From assembly GCA_963693365.1 (NCBI GenBank), contig CAVNZM010000002.1:14789615-14853614 (forward strand): 64,000 nt of DNA, written 5' to 3'. A model generated the notes under the pieces. The model was not told the origin of the DNA, searched no databases, and saw only the letters and a list, made by a program, of their open reading frames with translations. The position numbers and the translations under genes are program-made. Below, in pieces: positions 49,594 through 63,316 of the stretch. Position 1 is the first letter of the stretch. Every line of letters starts with the position of its first letter. This DNA comes from Amoebidium appalachense (taxonomy: Eukaryota > Protista > Ichthyosporea).

Positions 49594-50012
49594 GTTGATT
49601 GTGCACGAAAATTCCTACACAGAATCTGTTTAGGGGATCAACCACTCATTACGTTATAAAGTGATATATGCGTAGAAGCCTAAACGTGTTTATGTATGCA
49701 AAAAAGAAAAAATGAAAGCCTTGAGAAATGGCTTCAGGAAGCTCTTGTGCCAAGGAGGGGAGGGGGGAGGAGGGGAGAGCGGATCAAAAGTCAAAGTGTT
49801 GTTGTATAGTATAAAGCCTATGTGATGTGATTTTGGTCATGACTGAAACCGAAATAAAAAAATGAAGGGCTTAAAGTGTTATGTACCCCAGGAAAATCAA
49901 ATAAAGACCACGGTCTGACCACGATTAACACTATGTGCAGCCATGCCCATTATGAGATTCTTGGGAAAGTAGGGCTCCACCGCCTAGATGCGGGTGTAAA
50001 AGATACAGCTCC

Positions 50013-50043
<31 letters not shown>

Positions 50044-50152
50044 CCCCTGGAGGTATGTGCTCTGCTTATTTGCTTACACTTTTATATGTGCTTTTCACTC
50101 GGAGTCCGCATCATGATTATGTCCGTCGTCAATGTGGTGTTTCAAATAGCCC

Positions 50153-50185
<33 letters not shown>

Positions 50186-50401
50186 TTCCCCTCCACCTGT
50201 TACTGCTGTGATGATATGTACCGGTCAGTCAGCTAAGGCTCTCGTTGGGACGGACGGCTTGTTACTGCAATTTGCTGCACTTTATATTTATTCACGAATT
50301 TCGGTTGGTTGCCTTACAGCTACGTCATACGTTAGTTTTCGCACCCTATCACAGCAAAGTGCACACAGCACACTTCCTTAACCAGAACTTCTTTATACAC
50401 C

Positions 50402-50432
<31 letters not shown>

Positions 50433-50941
50433 CCCTCTCCCCCCCCTTCTCTTCTCCTTAACCGCCCATTCAAAGGACCCGTAGACTACCGTAGTGCAAA
50501 CGAGTCGTAAGCGGTGCAAGAGAAGTAAAGTGTAAATGCATGGCGGACGTAAGTTGCAGAAACGGGTGATCACGTCGTTGATTCAGATACAACGTTACTT
50601 ACGGATGAACACAGTGAAAATTCTAAACAAAGGAAACCTAGGGAAATAAAAAAAAAAACCGAACCACAATGGCTAAATATCACACAACTATCTGACAAAT
50701 ACCACTCACGCCTGTGAGCCATTCACCGATCAAAACAGGCCATTACACATTAATATATCACGGTACCAATGGAGCCTTCAGAAGCCCGCAGAGAGATCAT
50801 TAAGACCATCGCCGTACGAATGCTTATTAGCTTGTGGTATCGTCACTCCAGTAACATTACACAGAATCTTAAAAAGAAAAGATTAAGGCATGGAGCGAGG
50901 AACCTCATAAAGTAGCATGGTATCTACACGTGTTTCTTTAA

Positions 50942-51161
50942 CTAGGCGCTGGGCACAGCTGAGTCGAACGCCTTTTCTATGGGGTCAGTCAGTAGTCGCT
51001 TGAAGTGCAGTGTCTGTCCCAGGGCCTCAGCTGCCTCCAAACGGGCCTTTTCGAGCTCGGCTTTCATTCCCTCGGTCTGCCGGCGGCACTTTTCGGTTTC
51101 CAACACACGCTTGTGCATGTCCGACTGTTTTGGTTTTGTGTGTTTGTGTTTGTGTTTGTTG

Positions 51162-51241
<80 letters not shown>

Positions 51242-51489
51242 TCTCTGTGTGATAGGGAGAGGGGGGGGCGGGGGGAAGGGGAGGGGGGGGGGGGGGGAGG
51301 GAGGGAGAGAGAGAGAGAGAGAGGGGGGGGGGGAAGGGGGAGAAGGAGGTTAAAATGCATTACTGAGCATGAAGTGCACATTCATGACAGGCAACCCAAT
51401 GCAGATTGCACAACCCACTTGAATAATATCATAATAAGCAGTGTCCATCCTCACTGGGCCCAGGTCATCACTGTGCCCCTGGGGAGGGA

Positions 51490-51530
<41 letters not shown>

Positions 51531-52736
51531 ATGCATCATAAAGTACTAAGTACACAAGGACAACGGATAACACGATGCAGAGTGCAAACCATACATAAAG
51601 AGTATGCATAATAAGCAGAGTCAATCCTCAGGGGGGGCCCACGTCATCCACAGTACCCGAGTTTCGACCCGTTCACCTCGTTAACGAAACCCAACTCAGA
51701 TACTGTTTCACTTGAACATGGGTGGGTCACCCGTCTTGATCAGAGACGAGCAGGGGGGAGGGGGGAGGGGGAGGGGGGGGGGAAGGGGGGTGGGGAGAGG
51801 GGGGGTGCAATTGAATTTTTGGCACTTGGGTGTCTGCATATATAGAGTGTGACTCAGTGATGGAAAGAGGGAGAGGGTGTGGTCTTGGATGTGTTACACT
51901 ATGAACTACACATACAAAAAAAAGCCATTCAGATGTTCACATGAGCACACACACACACAAAAAAAAGACAACAGAGCCCGTCGACCATATCAAGGGGGGG
52001 AGGGGGGGGGGGGGGGGAGGGGGTGTTCTAAGTAATCCACTAACAAGATGTTTGACCTAATTCAGCTCACATGCAATATTCTACTCAGATTCACGTTTTT
52101 GAACGTGGGTAGGTCACCCATCTTCATATGTGAGTGTGTGTGTTGGTGGCATGTACCAAGGTATGTGTGTGGAAGGAGGCGTATGTGTATGTGCGTGTGC
52201 GGGGGTGCGCGCGCCTGTGCGCTGGCGTGCAGATGTCCTCATTCGCATGCATGCACGTGTGTTTGTGTGTGTACATGTTGATGTCTGTGCCTGCATGTGT
52301 GCGAGTGTGTGAGCACGTGTGCATGTGTGTACCTCCAACTGTGCCAGTTCCCTCTCCAGGGCCGCAATCTCCGCATCCTGTGCCTGCAGTTGCTTGCGGA
52401 TATCTTCCACCCTCTTCTCCTCCTCCCACACCTGAGGAGGTGAACAGTCAAAAAAAAGTGATGGGGGGGCTGGGGCAGGAAAATTCGGCTTTTCATATTC
52501 GTCCTTGCGGGTAAAGGTGGAGGGGGGGGGGGGGGAGGGGGAAGGGGGGGAGGGAGAGGGGGGGGGGGGGGGGGGGGGGGGGATGTAGAATGTATTACAC
52601 AGTGTGATGTACAAGTTGACAGCGTATGCCAAAAAAAGACAAATTGGATCAGGTAAGCAAGCACACACGCACATAGTATGAAGGCAAGCGGCAACGAGGG
52701 GCGGCGGGTGGTGGTGGTGGTGGGAGGGGGATAGTA

Positions 52737-52789
<53 letters not shown>

Positions 52790-53492
52790 TGTGTGTGTGC
52801 GCGTGCGTGTGTGTGTGTGTGTGTGCGTGTGTGTGTGTGTGCGTGTGTGTGTGTGTGTGCGGAGAGATAGTGTACCCTGTGATGGATAATCCCTAACACA
52901 GGAAAGAGAATATGTCTTGCACAGAATTCTGTATGTCCCAAACTCATGCCCAAAAACAGCAACCCGAAGCCAAGTACACATACCTATGTGGTGGTGTGTG
53001 TGTGGGGGGGGGGGGGGGGGGGGGGGGGGAATAAGCAGAAGAAAAAGGGAAAAGAGGGACAGGCCTAGCAAATCGGGTGCATTTTCCTTCCCCCCCCCCC
53101 CCCCCCCAACAAAAAAAAAAAACAATAAAGAAAGAAAGAAAGAAATGGGGAGAGGGGGAGAGCAATCTCGGGATGGGCCTAACCATGGAAGCATGGAAGG
53201 CACGAGAATATACCTCCCGCTTCTTTGCATCCGCCATGTCATGAATGCTCTCCGATATCTTCGGGAAGTCAAACTCTGGAGGCTCCGTGGTCGAAGGGGA
53301 AGGTGACCTTAATGCACGTGTGAGGTCTGAGGGTCCCTTAATGCGCAGAGTGAGCCCTAGTCTCTCCATTGCACTCCGTTTTCCGTTGGATTTACTCCGG
53401 AATACCTCCGCACCCGGACTCCGTGTGCCCGCGCCCGGCGGTTGGATGGTGATGTCCGGGAACGAGGAGACGCTGGTCCCAGACTTGGCTGG
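50942..53492 (-). CDS. 3' exons of a gene for an unknown protein (Ser/Pro-rich region then C-terminal coiled coil); 5' end unresolved
   Basis: Phase-0 exons 53492-53214 (PAKSGTS...MADAKKRE), 52431-52333 ([33 protein letters not shown]) and 51124-50942 (SDMHKRVLE...[13 protein letters not shown]...PSA*), all with CAG acceptors and GT donors. An additional upstream exon near 54021-54190 is likely. Confidence 0.7.
51529..51755 (-). mobile_element. Near-full copy of the SINE-like hammerhead-core element (sense to the host minus-strand gene)
   Basis: Reverse complement reads CCCTGCTCGTCTCTGATCAAGACGGG...GAGTTGGG...GGGTCGAAACTCGGGTACTGTGGA...CCCTGAGGATTGACTCTGCTTAT; flanked by poly-G on the + strand. 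Confidence 0.85.
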
Positions 53493-53579
<87 letters not shown>

Positions 53580-55755
53580 CGCGCACGCCTGTGTGTGTGT
53601 AGAAGGTAGAAGGGGACGGGGGGGGAGGGGGGAGGGGAGGGGAGGAGGAGGGAGTGTGTTAGATTTGTCGCACGGTATACAGCAGAATAACGGGCCCCGA
53701 GGGAAAACACAAAACATAAAGTGGTATAAAGGCATCTGGCAAATAGTCTTCCCTAGCGTCTGAGCTTCAACAATTCAACATCCAGTGGTATCCTAATCAT
53801 GACCTTCTAATAGACTTTGATGAGATGATCAGTCTTGATCAGAGTACTTATGTGAGTACAGAGCAGTAACAAAAGCATTGAGAAATGCCGGGGTTGCAGT
53901 GGTAGGTGTGAAACTTTGGGGTGTATGTGTGTGTGTGTTTTGTGTGTGCGTGTGTGTGCGTGTGTGTGTGAGAGCGCGCGCACGTGCCTGTGTGTGCGTG
54001 CAGGTGAATGCATGTGAAACCTCCTTGTTCAGTTGATATTCTTTCTTCGATAGTGGTGATGAACCTAGATCTGACTGACTCTAAGCATGTGCGCAGAGTA
54101 GCACCAAAGAATGCAGTGTTCGGTGCAAGCAGACATAGAGGTGTTTTTTCTCCTTCAGTTGTCACTTTCTTTTCTTGCCCCTTCTTACTCCTGTAGCATA
54201 CAAGTGTACAGAACTCCTTGTGTTTTATTCCAAAGCTTGGAGCACACAAAGCAAGGATTGCAGGTAAACACATGCAAGACGAAACTGCCAGCAGGCAACT
54301 TTGTATGTTAGTGCGTGCATTTTTTGGCATGTACGCGCGTCTCAATGCGCGTGTGCGTGTGCATGCATACGTGTGTTTGTCCGTATCTGGGTGGGCGTGT
54401 GTGCACGTGGTTTTATGCGTCACTTTATGCATTTGGGAGCTCAGGTGTGGGTTTGTGTGCCTGAATGCAGTCACGGTGTCAAGTGTCTGCGTGCGTGTGC
54501 CTACGGGTGTCTAGTGTAAGGATTGTCCGGCAATCTTCTTTTTTATTTTATGAGCTTTATCGATATCATTTGTGTGTATGCGTGGCCATGCAATATCATT
54601 ATATCATTGAGAATACCGGGGTTCGTGTGGGTGGTGGTGTGGCAGCTTGCATCACTGTCACAGTGCTTGTGTGGCATCGAAAAGACACTTACGTTCTCAA
54701 ACAATGAGGCGAGGCTAGCCATGGTGTGCGAATGACGTATATATATATTTTTTGGGATAGATAAGTAGCCTGACCGATTTTACGAACTGTTGAAATGTTC
54801 GACGGATAGATCCAGAGATGCTTGTTTTGGGCTATACTGTAAACTCCTTTCTTTTTCCAGGGTAATATGGTGGTGTATGCTCCTACGACGTGTGTGTCAC
54901 AAACTTGCTGATATAAAAACTTCTATACGAGCTTATAACCTTTTCGCTTTATTCTATGTGTTCATAACTTCCTTTCTACTCTTTGTTTCTACTCTTTGCA
55001 CCACAAGTAGTTTACAACTGCATGAAACCAGAGAGTATCGGGTGTTTTTGTTCTAAACTGTGACGCTGGCGAACGTTCACTGTTTGCGCATGTAGACGCG
55101 GCTGAACGTTCCTACATCTGCATGATCTATAGCGAATAGAATGCTAGGTTTCATTTATTTACCAGGGCTGCGGCCGGGCATCCTTTATCTGGAGTTTCTG
55201 AACAGGCTATGATTGGAAAAGAGCGCATCACAGTTGCTTAGAGCATGAATCAAGTTGCCGGGTCATTGTCAGGCTGATTGTGCTGTGCGCGCCGGGTAAG
55301 TCGGGAGGGGTTCAACGGTCGATTCCTTCTTTGCATTCCCTCTGTCCCCTTACCCATACCTCCCAACCCTCGGCCGCTCCCAAACAGGCCCTCTATCCCC
55401 TTTCCCCCCGCTCCCACCTTTTCCTCCTCCCAAACAACAATCACCTGCCATCATCAAAGCCAACCCCGATCCAAACTCTTTGCCCTCCGCACGCGTTCGT
55501 GAAAAAAAAACCAATGGCATTGGAGGAAGACTCGAAACTTGTTGGTCACTTGGTAATAAACTAGCACTTAAATATCATCCTTTGAATAAGCTGAAAGCTC
55601 TGAAAACAACAAGCCGCCGTCTCATACCGTAAAGCAATAATGTACTGCAGTTTGTGCGTGGGGATCTGATCTGTGGCTCTTCTTCGCAGAAGCCGTAAAG
55701 GAGCAGTCCCGAATTTGTGTGCTGTCTCCACAAATGATTGAATTACCCCCCGCTT

Positions 55756-55792
<37 letters not shown>

Positions 55793-58235
55793 CCCACCCA
55801 CCCACCACCACCATCACCTCCCCGCTATACCTTCACTCACACCCGTTCCCCACTCTCTCTCCAATCCGCCCCGCCCACCCCCCCAAAATGAGGTTGGCTA
55901 AATCGTGCTCTCGCCGAACATGCATGCACCGGCACATACATGGAAGCACGCCTGCCACAGACACCTTCATATTTGCTTTACACTTTACAACCAACAAGCA
56001 TGTGGGCTTTGATTTCGTTTCTCGTCGAATGGGGGAGTTTGGTGGATTTAGGAGTTTCGCACACCAACCGTCGCCACGATAACCCCTGAGGGAACTATGT
56101 GCTAAAATCCACAAAACTCCCCCACTCGACGAGAAATAATCCTGACGAAACTCCTTGTTTCCTCTAGATCTGAATCTCTGAATTCCCCATAGTTCAGTTC
56201 GGTTTAAAATTCGCAGGCTTGCGCCGGAAAAGGAGTTCCGTCAGGATTATCTGACGCCACAAACCCATAAATAAGCAAGGAGGAAAAAAGCACACAAAAC
56301 CACCTCCACAAATGATGTATGTGGTGTAACTCGTTGATCAGCATACGTACATTTGTGGGTGGGAGTAGTGGGAGTACGTGTACACCGTCGGCCTTGGTGC
56401 CGGCACAGCTCACATGCATGTCAATTATACAAAGCTCATCTTTCCCCTCTACCAGTCCAGCTACCTATGTATACATGCAATTTCAAGCACATGTGCGTCT
56501 ATATACGTATACGATAGCCTGCAGCCCCTAACTGTACGTATACTTGTAGCGGTAGCCTGCCTGTGCACAGTGCCCCACCACTTGTGAGCGCGTAGATGTT
56601 CGTGGGGCGTGGGTGCCGATCTTTACTATCTGTTTTACCCTCCTCATGGTGCGATCCGAACCAATCAGAACGCAGGCCTCATAACTTCGGGTGCACATCA
56701 TCAGCCGGGTGAGGCTCAAAGCGTTTTCTCTGCCGGGCTCCCTCGTGCTGGCAAAACGAAGAAATACGAAGACGTAGGAGTGGGTTGTGGTTTTTCAACG
56801 TTTATGCTAAACACGGAGAGAGGGTTATATGCAGTGCGAGTTTTGAGGTCTCTTTTTGTGGACTAGCTAGTGTAGCTGCTTTTGGTGGTCCATGGTTAGA
56901 GAAGAGCCCTGACTGATCAAGCACGAGCATGTTATAGATCTTGGTTGCAAGTTGCAGAATTCAAGCACTCTAGTACTGGATCCGTCGCCTTGCTTACCAA
57001 AATAAGTTGTATGATACTTTCTTTGTTAAGATTTTTAGTAGAAACAAGAACTCTTGGGAGATATCCATTTTACTTCCATTGTTAATAACGTGCCCCTTTC
57101 ACGAATGCTTGCCATTGTGGATCTCACACTTGTCCAGATGCGTAAGTAAAGTCATACATTAGGGGATCACCCAACCGCTGCTTATACAGCACTAATATTT
57201 TCTGAATATCAAACTAGCATAGGGCCAACAATTTCACCAGCAAACATTAGCATACCTGTTTGGACGCATTCATCAGCTCGGCACGATGGCTGCTGCAGTA
57301 GTGGCCCAAATGGCTGGCCAAACAGGCAATGGCACCAGCACTAGTAGGATGTTTGGCGACAAAGTGGTATGTACTGACAATTATAAAAATATGAAATAAG
57401 ATGTTGGTTCATGGTGTTGAGCACGAGGTTTGGTCCGTCAATGTGACGAAGAATCATGTTTGAATCCTCCGTCATAGGGCCAGATGGAACTGTGGAGGCA
57501 GCTTCGGTTACTTTTGAGGCCTCGTGGTTTTTGCAAATTGAACCTGCCGTCTATCTTTTGTCCAATACGAAACATATCTATGACATTAGAATAGCAAGAA
57601 GTGCACCGAGGGCAACGACTACACCGTTTGAAGCGAATATGCAGAAAAAGAGGAATTAAGCCTCCTTAGAAAAGAATATGAAAAAGGAAAAGTATATGCA
57701 AAAAAAAAATCTGTCACCAACATACACGGCCAAGCACACACACATCACTCAAACGGAAAATAAAAAAGAGAAAGCCCATGAATACTGTAAAAACTCTGTC
57801 TACTCTATTGAATAGAGTTGATTATTCTTTCACTGTCGTCTCACGTGCCAGCACTGTGCATCGCTCAGGTAGAATCCTTATGCCTTGATACACATGTGCA
57901 CTACCGTTGACAATACTATTCTATGCTTTCTTTCCCCTTTCTGGCTGAAATCACAAATCCTTCGTCTTCTCATGCAGCCGTTTATGCCACCAATCTCCAA
58001 CACAGGAGCTTGAAATCATCCCCCTTGGGCACAGCACACACACCGCAAACGACCGCGAATTTCTGGCAAACATGCAATGGTACACCACGGAGGAACCAGA
58101 AGACGGTGATCTGTTTCTGGTAAGTGACTGCCCTCGATCTATATCTGGGTTTCTGCTTTTGGTCATTATGTGTGTGGTTTTGGTAAGGGCAGATTTGCTC
58201 AATTTGAAAGACACTACTTACCGTCATTCATAACT

Positions 58236-58420
58236 CTTACCCTTACCATATATGGCTAACCGATTCACTACTTATATTCATAGCACCGTAAGTTACATAT
58301 ATGGCGGTGTTTGATCGTATTGTATAATATTCAGAGCTCTTACCATTTATGGAAAATCCGGCGATGTCACTTATTAATACAGAGCACTTACCATAAATGG
58401 CAAGTCCGATTGCCATATTG
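58236..58420. repeat. Degenerate ~48-bp-period repeat with CArG-box cores
   Basis: CCATATATGG 58246, ACATATATGG 58295, CCATTTATGG 58343, CCATAAATGG 58391; most are preceded by CTTA. Confidence 0.7.
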
Positions 58421-59967
58421 TACCCCTACTGGGAGGCCGCCATTTCTAGATCTTTATTTATGGTTTCAACCGTAAATCATCAGAGTTTGTGGAAGCACAA
58501 TGAGGGGGTTTATTGCCGCTGAATGCAGGATTCCGTTATTTTTTCAGGAGTTTATACCGGTTTCTGTATTCCATATCACAGGTTGTGCTGGAACACTTCC
58601 ATATCTTTATCAACTCAAAAAATCTTATTATCCCCCCTTCCCCCCCCTCCCTCCCCTCCCTCTTGTCCTTGTTGCCACACAGCCATTGCAACAAAAACAG
58701 GAGGAAGCAAGAGAAGCAAAGAGTACCGGATTATTTGTAAGCTTTGCTGCCCTTCTCCCTCCCTCCCCCTCCCCCCCCCCCCCCCCTCCCCCCCCCCCCC
58801 CCCCCCCCCCCCCCCCACACACACACACATACACAATTTTGGCAAGTACTATAATCCAGGAAAACAGCTGTTTCTCCCCACACACCTGAGCGCTAACCTT
58901 TTTCGCTCTGGAAACGAAGGACATGTTGAATATGTAACATGTATGAGCACAAGGGTATGTTTGCTGGGTGCCACAGAAGGACACAGGGGATAAGATGATG
59001 GGTCTGTCTGAAAAGGAAATGAAGGGGTAAACGGAGGGGTGCAAAGGAGAAAGAAATGCAGGTATAGCCTTGTTGAAAGGGCGGGAGAAATGAGCTGCGA
59101 GGGGTGGGGGGGGGGGGAGGGGGGGGAGGCAGGTGGGGAAGAGATGGTTTTTTTTTTTTTTTTTTTTTTTTTGGGGGGGGGGGGGGGGGGAGTATAAATG
59201 ACTACGGGGCCCTTGTGGGTAAGGGAACGCCTGTAATCAACACCTTCCCAATTCCACATTTATTCTATTGTCCCTTTCATTTTCTATTCCTATGACCGCT
59301 CAAGAAGCATTTATTAACCCCCGTTTTCTTCAGTCACCTGTTGTGGGTCCGGGGTTAAAGAGATCACGATCACAACCAGCAAAACGGACCGAACTGCACA
59401 CTAATCTCAGACGGGTAACACCACGTATGTTATCCCCCCCCCCCCCCCCCCTCCCTTCCCCCTCCCCCCTCCTTCCACCTCCCCCCCCCCCCCTCCCCTC
59501 CCCCCTCCCTCTCCCCCCCCCCCCCCCCCCCCCTCCGCGCACGCCGGAGGGCCCCCACCACAACCCTACCACCACCCTCTTTTCCCGTTAACACACACGG
59601 CTGCTTGATTTCCGTTTGCTTTTTATGTTTCTCTCGTCCTTTATGCCTATTAAACTCCGTTCTTTAAACCTTTCTACAAACCCCCCCACACCCCTCCCAA
59701 CCCACCCGTCACACCCTCCCCTGTTCCCCAGCGCGTGCACACACACACACAAAGCTTCCGTCTCACAAACCTCAAAAGAACACACAGTCAAGTACAGGTA
59801 CCAGGTGCGCCCTAGGGGTGGTACGCAGCGTGGTCTGACGGTGATAATTGCAGTACTAATCGACCCCCCCCCCCCCCCACCCACCCACTCACCCACTCAC
59901 ATACACACCCATCCACCCACACACACACATACATACATACACAGCCCCCCGCACAAATCCCCCCCCC

Positions 59968-60185
59968 GATCAAGACGGGTGACCTACTCATGTTCAAGTG
60001 AAACAGTATCTGAGTTGGGTTTCGTTAACGAGGGGAATAGGTCGAAACTCGGGTACTGTGGATGACGTGGGCCCCCCCTGAGGATGGGCTCTGCTTATTA
60101 TGCATACTCTTTATGTATGGCTTGCATTCTGCATCGTGTTATCCGTTTGTTCTTGTGTACTTCGTACTTTTTGACGCATTCAAAA
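59968..60185 (+). mobile_element. Copy of the SINE-like hammerhead-core element
   Basis: Nearly identical to 40924-41140; GTT 60014-60016, GAAA 60044-60047, CTGAGGA 60078-60084; C-rich runs on both sides. Confidence 0.88.
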
Positions 60186-60383
60186 CCCCCCCCCCCCCCC
60201 GGCCCCCCCCCCCTCCCTTCCCCGCACAACACACACTTACCCTTTATCCCACAAACACATCCACACACACACAGCATCAGCGGGGCTGAGTAAGGTTGTA
60301 GATACAGAGGCCTTGAGCCCAACATCTGCGACCACAAAATCATTTATGAAGGTAGTTCTGACTGTGTACACACATACACATAT

Positions 60384-60414
<31 letters not shown>

Positions 60415-60632
60415 GCCGCACGCACGCACGCACACACTCACGCACGCACACACACATGTACACACCCATGCACTCATTGCACACGTGCGCATGCATACGC
60501 ACACGCACGCACACCACCACCACCACCACCACCACCCCCTCCCATACACATATGCGTGCGCACACACACACACGCGCGCACGCGCGCACGTGCACACACA
60601 TGCATACGCGCACGCACACGCACACATACACG

Positions 60633-60678
<46 letters not shown>

Positions 60679-61391
60679 TCCACACACACACACACGGAGC
60701 CTCTCAACGTTAAGGCCAGGTTTTGCCTATCCAACACCGCGCTTTAGTGCATAACCGGCATGGCTTTTTTTTTTTTTCCCCCGGCTCATTTAGGGGAAGA
60801 GGAGGGGGGAGGGGGGGAATGCAAGGTCGATTCCTTCAAAAACCTTTCCGTGTAATACCAACTCATATGCCCAGTTCTGAACTGCTCAAAAACATGGACT
60901 TGCGTGGTATACATCTGATCCGCATGACAGAGAGAGGTATCCGGTTTACATGATCGAAATTTCGCCGAGCATGTTTTTAGGCAGGCACACCTCCATCACG
61001 CCCGTAATCTGACAACATAAATTCCGTCCAGGATCTCTCCGGGAGGTTTCTCAGTAACAGATCATCGTCCGGTGGCAGCTCCACGGGAAATAGTGCCCCA
61101 AGGTTTGTCGATATTTTTTTGTGGAAGGGGATATGGGGAGGGGAGGGGAAAGGGGGGGAGGGGAGGGGGGGGGGGGGGGGGGACGGACGAAGGTGTTAGA
61201 GGGAGGGGAAGAGAAGACGAGTAGGAAGGGAGAGGGGCGGCTAGGAGGCGGGAGGTAGGGATGGAGGTGGAGGAAGGGAGGGGAGGAGAGCGAGAGTGAC
61301 AGAAAGGGAGGGCTAGGGGGTTGGAGGGGGGGACGGAGGGAGAGAAGAGAGAGAGATAGAGAGAGAGAGGGCGGGGGGGGGGGGGGGGGGG

Positions 61392-61423
<32 letters not shown>

Positions 61424-61458
61424 TAGATAGAGAGAGAGAGAGAGACAGAGAGAGGGAA

Positions 61459-61541
<83 letters not shown>

Positions 61542-63199
61542 AGAGAAGGGGGGGGAGGGGGGGGAAGAGAGAGATGTGTGTGAGAAACTGTGTGTGGTGT
61601 GTGTGTGACGGTGGGTGGGTGGTTGAGTAAGTTGAGGGAATGAGAGTGCGATAGGGATAGAATGAGTGAGGGAAAAAGCGTTGGAGTGAGTGAGTGAAAG
61701 AGAGAGAAAGAGAGAATAAGGGAAAGAATGAAAATGTTAGGCGTTATGATACCGTGGTCGCAGTGCCTAGATTTGGGGATATTAACCGAGTACGAAAGCA
61801 AGCTAGTGTTTTTGATTTAAAGAGATCTTTATTGACCGAGTGCATGACGCACAGCTCCCCTTCTGAACACGAGCCAGTGAGACCAAAAAAAAGTAAAAAA
61901 TCCCCCCCCCCCCTCCCCCCCCCTCCCATCTTCATCTCAGCGTCGCATAAGCCTGGTCGTCTCTGATTAAGATGGACGATACACCCATGCTTAGGCGAAG
62001 CAATATCAGAATTGGGCTCCACATCTAGATGAATGGGTCGTAACTTCTTACACATCCCCCCCCCCCCCCCCCCCCCCCCCCCCAACTTCCCCCACCTTCC
62101 CCCCCCCCCCTCCCCCCCCTCCCCCTCCCTTTCCCCTCTTCAATTGCTGCAACTGATAAGGGAACGCCCAGGGAAGCCTTTTTACTTTTGCATGAACGGT
62201 TGTAATATGTTACTAAGTTAATCTGCTGTTTATTTTTTATTCTTCTTTCTCGTCATCTATACCGTTCACCACACACCCACTTTGGCTCCCGCAATGCAAT
62301 GGCTTACACAACGAACGGGTTCCCGTTGCTTTGGCAGGTGGTATCAGGAGCCTGACTGGGAGTATACGGAGAACATTGGCAAATGTTAAGGTATGTGTGG
62401 AATGCCTTTATGCATTCCTGAACAGTTGTATTCTTCCCAGCATTCCGTCAGATAATAAGACAACTTTACACATGAAATATTGTTGAAAGGGCCACTCCTT
62501 TTCTTGCCCCTATTGGGGGGCACCCCTCGAACACAGAACATACCTCCTTGACCTGGGCACACCACTAAAAACATGTTGACATGCTTGAATATGGACCGTT
62601 GACCGAAATATGCGACGAATTTGTGTTCATAGTAGGCCAGGATGCTGTTCCGTGCAATCACATGTTGTTAGGAGTAGTTTCGTTCAAAAGAGATGACCAG
62701 TTTTGGCGCGTGGTTAGGTTTTGAGTGATCTATGTGCACGATAAAGGCAAGAATGCATTTTTTGTAATATTGTTTATTGGTCTCGTTAGAACGATATATC
62801 TCACAAGTCTTTTTGACAATTTTAAGTCTTGGGTGTGCTATGCGAAAAATTTCTCCCCATTATGTTTCGTTGATTTTCTCGTTCTGACTAGATATCCAGT
62901 CATCAGGGGGCATCATCCACACGAGCGACTCAGATTCATCCGTACCCAACTCTCCCAGAGTCTTCAATACAAAAGGTAATGCGACACTATGAAACTGAAA
63001 AATCTTATTCTGTCTTCATTTAACCCATGTATCGTATGCTTGAATTTTTACTGTTTGTCTAAGTGTCATCAGATCTTCTTTCTGCGCATACCCCTTAATC
63101 CCCCCCCTCCCCCCCCTCCCCCCAATCCCCCCCCCCCCCCCCCCCCCACCACCACCACCACCACCACCAGAATAACGTGCCCCCCCCCTCCCCCCCTCC

Positions 63200-63316
63200 C
63201 CCTTCGAGGATGGGCTCCGCTTATTATGCTATGTCTACTCTTTGTGTGTGGTTTGGACTCTGCATTGTGTTTTTTGTTTTGAAGTTGTATTTCGTACTCA
63301 AGAACGCATTCAAACC
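63200..63316 (+). mobile_element. Older, 5'-truncated copy of the SINE-like element (3' half)
   Basis: GAGGATGGGCTCCGCTTATTATGC...TTCGTACTCAAGAACGCATTCAAA aligns with the 3' half of the consensus. Confidence 0.7.

Noticed and set aside
57256-57376. Possible isolated minus-strand exon (TYHFVAKHP...MNASKQ) with AG/GT ends
   Set aside because: It could not be joined in frame to neighbouring exons or assigned to a family.
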